Source of the DNA: Prevotella sp.
GTDB lineage: Bacteria; Bacteroidota; Bacteroidia; Bacteroidales; Bacteroidaceae
DNA: 64,000 bases
NCBI GenBank assembly: GCA_050875085.1
Contig: JBNMLZ010000001.1
Span: 44,484-108,483 of the forward strand
Direction: 5' to 3'
How positions within the stretch are numbered: the first letter of the stretch is position 1; each line of letters starts with the position of its first letter. Below are positions 20,380 through 28,016 of this stretch, one piece after another. The notes below the pieces were generated by a model. It saw only the letters and a list, made by a program, of their open reading frames with translations. It was not told the origin of the DNA and ran no database searches. The translations under genes were made by a program, and so were the position numbers.

Positions 20380-22312
20380 AGTTCTTTACCTCCGCCTTGC
20401 CTCCCTCGGCATACACCTTTATGTTATTATAAGGCATTGTGGGGAACACAAGGTTGGTCATGGCTATGCGTCCGCCATCGACAAACAGCTCAACGGAACA
20501 CTTGTCAACGAAGATGTCGAGGTGGTAGGTCTTCGATGTGGCTGCTGTTCCGGCATTAGCCGCATCCTCAGTCCAGCGGCTGTTGCCGCCTCCGTTGTCG
20601 GAACCGCACAGCGAGAGCGGCGCCCATGTACCGAGCGCGAAGTCGTTGCGGTAGTCAACGGCGAGGTCTTGCGACAGCTTGCCCTTCATCTCGCCTGCGG
20701 CTTCGGCGCGTTTCTCTATGTCGTGGCGTTCGGCAAGTCGGCCGAAATCGGTCAGTCCACTCTCGGCACGATCCATGACTATGCGCTTCTGCTTGAGGTC
20801 GAGGTATACGAGGGTGCGCTCCTCGCGGTCGTTGTAGAGCGAGAGGCCAATCACGTCGGAGTTGCCCGGAGCCACGTCTGCCTCTATCTCGAATGCCCCG
20901 TCGTTGTCGGCGAAGAGCGAGCGCTTGATGTAGGGGTTGGCGTTGTCGACGGTAATGTTGCCGAGCTGCTGCGTTTCCTTGCGCAGGGCGCGTGCCTCAT
21001 CGACCACATTGGCAGACATGTACACCTCGCCGTTGTTGGAGAACAGCTTCAGCTCGCGCGGCAGGGCGTTGGCACCACGATACTGCCGGATAGGAGTGAC
21101 GTTGGCATACTGCCAGTTGCTCATCCATGGCACGGCAACCACGCGGCTTCCGAGGTTGGAGAAGGTAACGGTTGCATAGTGGTCCTTGCCCCAGTCGAGC
21201 CATTTCACGGTCTGCGGTTTCGAGTCGCAATGGAATTCCTTGCCGTCGAACTCGCCGACAAAGTACTGTGTGGCTGATCCGCCATACACAAATCCCGGGT
21301 TAATGTTCACAATCATCACATACTTCTGCTTCGTCTTGTCGCCGTCGACGGGCAGCGGGAAGAAGTCGGGACACTCAAACTGGTTTGGCTGCGCGCCGAA
21401 GCCCTCACCCCACTGGCTCACATACTTCCACTGCTTGAGGTTCTTCGACTGGTAGAAGCGCATGTTCTTGTCGGCAGACACAATCATGTACCACGACTTT
21501 GTAGGCTCATACCAGAATATCTTCGGGTCGCGGAAGTTCTCAAGTCCGTCGAACGGAGTCACCACAGGGTTGCCCTTATACTTGGTGAACGTGCGTCCGT
21601 TGTCCTTGCTGTAGGCCATGCACTGCACCTGCACCTGCTTGCCGTCGCGCATACTATGCGACGTGTAGAAGGCTATGATGGCGTTCTTGCCGAATCCGGC
21701 TGAGTTGCGCGTGTCGACAATGGTGCTGCCAGAGAAGATGTGGCCCATCGGGTCGCGTGCTATGGCAGGGTCGAGATGCTGCCAGTGGACGAGGTCGCGG
21801 CTTACGGAATGTCCCCAGTGCATGTTGCCCCACTTTGAGCCGTAGGGGTTGTATTGGAAGTAGAGATGGTACTCACCATCCTTGTAGGTCAGTCCGTTGG
21901 CGTCGTTCATCCATCCGTAGAGCGGAGTGTGGTGGTAGACGGGGCGGTAATAGTCGGTGTTGCGAGTGTCGAACGTGTCGGAGAGCCGCATCTCCTTCAA
22001 GGCTACGGCGTCTGCGGCCAAGCCCACAATCTTCACGGTTGCCTTCTTGCCCTGCGCGAGGGCAAACGGCACGGAGTAGTCAACCTTCGACTGGGCGAGC
22101 CTTATGTCCATCCAAGTGTCCGACGGCTTGCCCTGGTCGAGCAGCACCTGAGCCTCGGGGCGCGACTCCTCGATGGGGAGGATGAGATATTTCGTCGGGT
22201 TGTTGACGGTGATGATGGTGGTGTCGCCATGCTGTGTTGTCTGCATGGATTGTGCGGTGGCTGCTGCCGAGAATGTGGCGGCAAGAGCAGCGAGACATAG
22301 AGTCTTATTCAT
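20354..22312 (-). CDS. GH32 beta-fructofuranosidase/levanase
   Basis: WMNDANG, MHWGH, FSGS, FRDPK, FECPD; signal peptide. Confidence 0.93.
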   Translation of the reverse strand: MNKTLCLAALAATFSAAATAQSMQTTQHGDTTIITVNNPTKYLILPIEESRPEAQVLLDQGKPSDTWMDIRLAQSKVDYSVPFALAQGKKATVKIVGLAADAVALKEMRLSDTFDTRNTDYYRPVYHHTPLYGWMNDANGLTYKDGEYHLYFQYNPYGSKWGNMHWGHSVSRDLVHWQHLDPAIARDPMGHIFSGSTIVDTRNSAGFGKNAIIAFYTSHSMRDGKQVQVQCMAYSKDNGRTFTKYKGNPVVTPFDGLENFRDPKIFWYEPTKSWYMIVSADKNMRFYQSKNLKQWKYVSQWGEGFGAQPNQFECPDFFPLPVDGDKTKQKYVMIVNINPGFVYGGSATQYFVGEFDGKEFHCDSKPQTVKWLDWGKDHYATVTFSNLGSRVVAVPWMSNWQYANVTPIRQYRGANALPRELKLFSNNGEVYMSANVVDEARALRKETQQLGNITVDNANPYIKRSLFADNDGAFEIEADVAPGNSDVIGLSLYNDREERTLVYLDLKQKRIVMDRAESGLTDFGRLAERHDIEKRAEAAGEMKGKLSQDLAVDYRNDFALGTWAPLSLCGSDNGGGNSRWTEDAANAGTAATSKTYHLDIFVDKCSVELFVDGGRIAMTNLVFPTMPYNNIKVYAEGGKAEVKNFKLYKLGL

Positions 22313-22345
22313 TTGTATTTTGTTTTTAGTTATTATTTATTATTT

Positions 22346-22460
22346 ATCCGTAGCGGAGGTCTCCGGCCTCCGCAGAAAGCAGATATTGGCAATAACATAA
22401 ATTGACATATTGCCAAGTAAATGATGGTTGCAGCGGAGGCCGGAGACCTCCGCCACGGAT
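22346..22460. repeat. REPIN-like inverted pair, family A (CCGTRGCGGAGGTCTCCGGCCTCCGC)
   Basis: Inverted arms around an AT-rich spacer; abuts the TBDR stop codon. Confidence 0.92.
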
Positions 22461-24766
22461 TAGAATTTTAAGCTTGCTGTGAACTCTACGGTGAACGGAC
22501 GCAGATAAGAGCCGGTCATGAGTTGGTTCTTGATGCCTTTGGCCTCGTCCTTGGTGATGAGTTCGGCTCCGGCGATGCTGCCCTTTGCTCCGGTCTGGTT
22601 GAGGAAGTTGACGACGGTGCAGCCGAGAGCGAGCCGTTTGTTTGCCTGCCAGTTGAGTCCGCCGAATGTTTCCCAGTGGCCGTTGAAGTAGTAAGCCTCG
22701 TTGATGTTGGCGTAGGTCTTCGAGAAGTAGCGGAACGATGTCCACAGTTTCAGTGTCGGAGTAATCATGTAGCTCGGGTCAAGCTCGATGAGTACCTGCG
22801 GAATCTCAGCCACGATGTTGCCAGTGGCATTTATCTTGCCCTCGTAGCCGCTTGAGAACTTCACGCTTGTCTCATACTTCTTATAGGTCGGCTTCTGGTA
22901 TGTGAAGAGGAAGTGGAAGTCGAATCCGCGGAACGGGTGAGCCACCACATCGGTTGTCCATCCCCACGTCTGAATGTCGTAGGTCAGCGGAGCCGCCTTT
23001 ATCTCGCCGTCGTGCTGGAGGTTGAGCGTTGAGTTGTTGTTGGTCTTCGATATGTAGGAGAAGAGCGATGTCAGGCTCAGCCACTTGTTATTGTAGTATA
23101 TTCCGGCACGGCCGAGCGGCACGCTAATCTTGTCGGTGTTTGGCATAGATGCCGGGGCGAAAGTCGAGATGTTAGGGTGCTGCACAATGTAGGTGAAGTC
23201 GCCGGTGAATCCGAACTCATTGGTGAGCTTGTAGGTAAGGGCGGCAGTGAAGTCGTAGTTCACCCAGTTGTATGCCATAGGTGTGGGAGCAATCTTTGTG
23301 CCATCGGGAGCCGTCGTGCCGAGATAGTAGTCGGCAAAGCGTCCTACGAACTCGCCGTTCTGGTTCTTCACGGCAGCGTTCTCACCCTTCAGACGCTGCC
23401 ATTCGAGGCGTGCGCCGTAGTAGGCATTGAGTCGTGGGGTGATGTCCCAGTCGTGGGTGAGGTAGAGGGCGAGTTTGTTCTCGTGGCCCTTGTAGTATTC
23501 CGAGGCGTTCTTGTTGAAGTCGTAGAACACACTCTGTGTCTTGTTCGCGTCCCAGAGGCGCACGGCATACGAGCCGTCCTCAGGCACGCTCTGGTCGTAC
23601 ATGGTTGTATTGGAGCAGTAGTCGATGTGGTAGTACCACTCGTTTACGCCTACGCGCAGTGTTGAAGACTTGAAGCTTTTTGATAGTTCGGATGTGAGCA
23701 ACAGCTCGTTGATGGTTCCGGCGTTGAGGCACGACATGCGGGTCTGTACGTAGCGGCCGTCATATTTTTGAGCCGCACCCATGGCGTCGGTCTGCATATA
23801 GTTGTAAGTTGATGCCGCACCGTCCGCCTTGAGGTCGATGAGCTGCATCGGTGTTTGGTAGACAAATGCTCCGCGTGCGTGGTCGAAGCGCACGGATGTC
23901 TTCCAGTTGAAGCCATTGCCGAAACTGAGGTTGTTGAGGAGCGAGAACTCGGAGGAGCGGTTTTCATCGTAGTCGTAGAGCGAAGTTTGCTTCAATTCGC
24001 CGGTGCGCATGTCGCGGTAGGTGATGTTGGCGTCGATGGGCAGGTAGGAAGTGGTGCCAAGCTTGAACTTGCCGAACTCCTTCACTGAGCCGTCGCCCAC
24101 GTAGATGAACGGTGCCGACTGTGTGGCGTAGTTGTATGCGGGGTGTGAGTTGCTGTACTTGTACATGGCGGTTAGTTCGCCGCGCCCCTCGGCGTAGCGT
24201 TTCGTCAGTGCCGCCTTGTATATCTGTGTGCGGTCCTGGTATTGCGAGGAGCGCAGCTTGAACGTTCCCGGGTCGAAGTCCTGGTAGGCGCTGACACTAT
24301 AGAAGAGGTCTTTGGCGAGAGAACCGTTCATGTTGAGTGAGAACTCCTGCAGGCCGAAGTGGTTGGTCTTGTAGTTGAGGGTGCCTTGGAAGCCCTCATT
24401 GCCGAGCTGCGTACGCGAATTGACCGCATAACCTATGTTGCCAGTGGTAATCGCAGTCTCCGAAATCTTGAGCAGTCCCACGTGCGACAGGCTCGCGTCG
24501 GAGCGCCATGTGGCGTTGACGGGGTGCGGATTGGTGGCATATGTGACGGGCAGGCCGTTCTCAAGAACGTTCACGTCGGCAGATGGAAGTCCTATCTGAA
24601 TCTCGCGCGGACCGTTAGCGCTTGCCGCGTTGAGCATCACGTTGCGGTCGCCCTCCTCCTTGGAATTGGAAGACTTGGCATTGCCATCGTTCTGTGCGTT
24701 GGCTGCAACCGCCATGATAGAGGCGAGAGCCATGGCTGAGAGTTTTGTGTAGCTGTTGGAATACAT
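22460..24766 (-). CDS. TonB-dependent receptor (not SusC type) of the fructan locus
   Basis: Signal ..AANAQ, plug-like N-terminus, beta-barrel pattern, terminal Phe. Start at MYSNS (24766); promoter TAATTTTG at 24870-24877 (-). Confidence 0.8.
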   Translation of the reverse strand: MYSNSYTKLSAMALASIMAVAANAQNDGNAKSSNSKEEGDRNVMLNAASANGPREIQIGLPSADVNVLENGLPVTYATNPHPVNATWRSDASLSHVGLLKISETAITTGNIGYAVNSRTQLGNEGFQGTLNYKTNHFGLQEFSLNMNGSLAKDLFYSVSAYQDFDPGTFKLRSSQYQDRTQIYKAALTKRYAEGRGELTAMYKYSNSHPAYNYATQSAPFIYVGDGSVKEFGKFKLGTTSYLPIDANITYRDMRTGELKQTSLYDYDENRSSEFSLLNNLSFGNGFNWKTSVRFDHARGAFVYQTPMQLIDLKADGAASTYNYMQTDAMGAAQKYDGRYVQTRMSCLNAGTINELLLTSELSKSFKSSTLRVGVNEWYYHIDYCSNTTMYDQSVPEDGSYAVRLWDANKTQSVFYDFNKNASEYYKGHENKLALYLTHDWDITPRLNAYYGARLEWQRLKGENAAVKNQNGEFVGRFADYYLGTTAPDGTKIAPTPMAYNWVNYDFTAALTYKLTNEFGFTGDFTYIVQHPNISTFAPASMPNTDKISVPLGRAGIYYNNKWLSLTSLFSYISKTNNNSTLNLQHDGEIKAAPLTYDIQTWGWTTDVVAHPFRGFDFHFLFTYQKPTYKKYETSVKFSSGYEGKINATGNIVAEIPQVLIELDPSYMITPTLKLWTSFRYFSKTYANINEAYYFNGHWETFGGLNWQANKRLALGCTVVNFLNQTGAKGSIAGAELITKDEAKGIKNQLMTGSYLRPFTVEFTASLKF

Positions 24767-25006
24767 AATGTGTGAGGTTTTGTTTTTTGTTTTTTTCGGT
24801 TTAAGTTGTTGTCGGAATTTCAAACGTTCCCATTTCTTGAATGTTGGCGTCGTTGTTGTTTCGACGCTGCAAAATTAGAAATACGGCAAGGGAATGGAGT
24901 TAACATATCGTTCATATGGAGTAAAAATTGTTGCATGAAACATTTGTCTTATCAGATGAACGAAAAGTGAAACACCAGTAAAGGCTTTGTAAAACTTGAG
25001 TTGATC

Positions 25007-25096
25007 CCCGTGGCGGAGGTCTCCGGCCTCCGCAGAAAGCAAATTGGCATATAATAAATATTGGCTGCTGCGGAGGCCGGAGACCTCCGCCACGGG
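25007..25096. repeat. REPIN-like inverted pair, family A
   Basis: Same arms, different spacer; lies within a divergent promoter region. Confidence 0.92.
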
Positions 25097-25247
25097 CGGA
25101 TAGCAATAATCGTTCATGCCAATGAATATTTGTTTCATGTGAGGAATTTGCAAGCCGTGGAAACATTTCTTACATCACGTTTCCCACACAACCCGTAACT
25201 TTGCGGCAGAAATCATTCCTAAGGAACTAAAAACAAATTTCAAAACA

Positions 25248-26465
25248 ATGAACAACTCCAACTCATCCAATTCAAAGCTAACACTCATCCCCGTGATGGC
25301 GGCATTCTTCACCATGGGATTTGTCGACCTCGTGGGCGCAGTGTCAAACAACATGCAGGAAGACTTCGGGCTTAGCGACTCGGCAGCCAACTTCTTCCCC
25401 TCGCTCGTGTTCTTCTGGTTCCTCATTTTCTCCGTGCCCACGGGCATGTTGATGAACCGCATCGGACGCAAGAAGACAGTGCTCCTTTCTATCATCATCA
25501 CCACACTGGCTGTCTTCCTGCCACTCTTCGACAGTTTCATGCCGTCGCAGCAGAGCCAGCTCTGGCTGATGTACATCTCGTTCTCGCTGCTCGGCATCGG
25601 CAACGCCATCATGCAGACCAGCATCAATCCGCTCGTGACGATGATTGTGAAAGGCCATCTCGCCTCGACACTCACCTTCGGACAATTCGTCAAGGCGATA
25701 GCCTCGTTCATCGCTCCACTCATCGCGGCATGGGGCGCCACGACCACCGCTCCCATACTCGGACTCTCATGGCGCATCCTCTTCCTCCTCTTCTTCATCA
25801 TCGGCATGATTGCCACGCTGTGGCTCGGCATGACCCACATCGAGGAGGAGCCTATCGAAGGCAAGGCGTCAGGCTTCATCGACTGCATCAAGATGCTCGG
25901 CTCACCCATCATCCTACTCTCTTTCCTCGGCATCATGTGTCATGTGGGCATCGACGTGGGCACCAATGCCGTGGCTCCCAAGATTCTCCTTGAGCGCATC
26001 GGCGGCGAGGGCGACACACTCAGCATGTTTGAGTATGCCACGAGCATCTACTTCGCCTTCCGCACACTCGGCTGCTTCACTGGCTCAATTATCATGCGCC
26101 GATTAAACATCCGCGTGTTCTTCACCGTCATAGTATTGATGATGGGTCTCGCAATGGTGGGCTTCGTCTTCGGCACCGAGAAGTGGGAACTCTGGGCAGC
26201 CATCGCTCTCGTGGGCTACGGCAACAGCAACGTGTTCTCCATCGTGCTCTCGCAGGCTCTGCTGTCGGCACCTGAGAAGAAGAACGAGGTCAGCGGACTG
26301 ATGATTATGGGACTCTTCGGCGGCACCGTCTTCCCGCTCGTCATGGGATTCGCAAGCGACGCCGCCAAGACTGCCGGTGCACAGTATCCACAGGTGTGGG
26401 CCGCTGTGGTAATGGCAGTGGGAGTGGGCTATTTGCTGACGTATGTAACAAAGGTGAAACAGTAA
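25248..26465 (+). CDS. MFS sugar (fructose) permease
   Basis: FFTMGFVDLVG, LMNRIGRKKT, about 12 TM segments; promoter TAACTTTG at 25196-25203. Confidence 0.88.
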   Translation: MNNSNSSNSKLTLIPVMAAFFTMGFVDLVGAVSNNMQEDFGLSDSAANFFPSLVFFWFLIFSVPTGMLMNRIGRKKTVLLSIIITTLAVFLPLFDSFMPSQQSQLWLMYISFSLLGIGNAIMQTSINPLVTMIVKGHLASTLTFGQFVKAIASFIAPLIAAWGATTTAPILGLSWRILFLLFFIIGMIATLWLGMTHIEEEPIEGKASGFIDCIKMLGSPIILLSFLGIMCHVGIDVGTNAVAPKILLERIGGEGDTLSMFEYATSIYFAFRTLGCFTGSIIMRRLNIRVFFTVIVLMMGLAMVGFVFGTEKWELWAAIALVGYGNSNVFSIVLSQALLSAPEKKNEVSGLMIMGLFGGTVFPLVMGFASDAAKTAGAQYPQVWAAVVMAVGVGYLLTYVTKVKQ

Positions 26466-26742
26466 GCCCCTCCCCCTCGCCGCCTTTGGCGGCTCTTGCC
26501 CCTCCCCTTAGGGAGGGGAGTGAGATGCTTTTACTGGTGACATTTATGGCATCATATATAGATTTATTTATGGCATCATATATAGATTTATTTAAAACAT
26601 TATACATAGCTTTATTTAAGGCATTGTACATAACAATAATATTTTAACAACCCAATAACAAAAAAAAACACCCATCGCCACACATTACTCCCCTCCCTAA
26701 GGGGAGGGGCAGAGCCGCCAACGGCGGCTGGGGGTGGGGCTT
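26464..26742. repeat. Family B inverted pair enclosing four 24-bp tandem repeats
   Basis: Arms 26464-26522 and 26687-26742; ATTTATGGCATCATATATAGATTT units at 26542-26634. Confidence 0.9.
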
Positions 26743-26748
26743 ATAATT

Positions 26749-27630
26749 ATGGAAAATTACGTAGTAGGTCTCGGCGAGGCACTCTGGGATGTGCTTCCCG
26801 AAGGAAAGAAATTAGGTGGCGCTCCGGCTAACTTCGCGTTTCACGCCGGACAGTTCGGACTCAACGCTATCGCTGTGAGCGCTCTTGGCGAGGACAAGCT
26901 TGCAGAAGAAACGATACAGCAACTTGAGGAGAAGCGGCTTCAGTATTGCATGCCGCGCGTGCCATATCCAACCGGCACCGTGCAGGTGACGCTCGACGAC
27001 GAGGGTGTGCCGACATACGACATCAAGGAGAACGTGGCGTGGGACAACATTCCGTTCAACGATGACGTGCGCCGCGTGGCTGAGAACACGCGCGCCGTGT
27101 GCTGGGGTTCGCTGGCACAGCGCAACGTGGTGAGCCGCGAATCAATATACAAGTTCCTCGACGCAACGCCGAATGACTGCATGAAGATTTTCGACATCAA
27201 CCTGCGCCAGAACTTCTACACCAAGGAAGTGATATGCGAGAGCATGAAGCGTTGCAACGTGCTGAAGATTAACGATGAGGAACTGATAATCATCGGACGT
27301 CTGTTCGGCTATCCGGGCCTTGACATCGAGAACAAGTGCTGGCTCATACTCGGCAAGTACGACCTCGACATGCTTGTGCTCACCTGCGGAGTGAACGGCA
27401 GCTATGTGTTCACGCCCGGCTCAATGTCGTTCCAGCCCACGCCGAAGGTGGAAGTGGCTGACACAGTTGGCGCGGGCGACTCATTCACCGGCACATTCTG
27501 CGCCTCAATCCTCGAAGGTATGCCAGTGGCTGACGCACACAAGCGCGCCGTAAACGTAAGCGCATACGTATGCACGCAGAACGGCGCAATGCCGGAACTG
27601 CCTGAGGATGTGAAGAACATGAAGGACTAA
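26749..27630 (+). CDS. Fructokinase (PfkB family)
   Basis: GEALWD, GGAPANFA, FDINLR, KINDEE, DTVGAGDSF. Confidence 0.92.
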   Translation: MENYVVGLGEALWDVLPEGKKLGGAPANFAFHAGQFGLNAIAVSALGEDKLAEETIQQLEEKRLQYCMPRVPYPTGTVQVTLDDEGVPTYDIKENVAWDNIPFNDDVRRVAENTRAVCWGSLAQRNVVSRESIYKFLDATPNDCMKIFDINLRQNFYTKEVICESMKRCNVLKINDEELIIIGRLFGYPGLDIENKCWLILGKYDLDMLVLTCGVNGSYVFTPGSMSFQPTPKVEVADTVGAGDSFTGTFCASILEGMPVADAHKRAVNVSAYVCTQNGAMPELPEDVKNMKD

Positions 27631-27634
27631 CCAC

Positions 27635-27861
27635 AACTGGGAGAGGGGGCGCCTCGCCCCGGCATACTTAACTGGGAAAGGAGGCGCCCTCGCCTCCGGC
27701 ATTATAACTGGGAGCGGAGGCGCCTCGCCTCCGGCATTATAACTGGGAGCGGAGGCGCCCTCGCCTCCGGCATCATAACTGGGAGCGGAGGCGCCTCGCC
27801 TCCGGCATGGCAATAATACAATCTTTGCGTGTCGGGGGCGAGGGCGCCCCCTCTCCCAGTT
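27635..27861. repeat. Family C array: five direct 35-36 bp palindromic units plus one inverted unit
   Basis: AACTGGGAGCGGAGGCGCC(C)TCGCCTCCGGC at 27635, 27670, 27706, 27741, 27777; inverted copy 27833-27861. Confidence 0.92.
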
Positions 27862-28016
27862 ATTTTTTACACACTACTCGATTATATTATTGGCTCTTGG
27901 TTGGATAATGCTCAACATTTTTTTGATTTTTGATTTAGATTTGCCAAAATAGCTGTATATTTGTGGCTAATTATAAACCAATTAGGTGTGTCTAAAAGAA
28001 TATCCAGCCAAACCCG

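Noticed and set aside
26341-26647. Small ORFs spanning repeat elements (also 15538-16222, 24875-25166, 27505-27813, 39811-40155, 41464-41742)
   Set aside because: Translations of palindromes or minisatellites with no independent coding evidence.
27635-27810. 35-36 bp repeats resembling a CRISPR array (also 39722-39891)
   Set aside because: No unique spacers, units are contiguous, an inverted terminal copy is present, and there are no cas genes.
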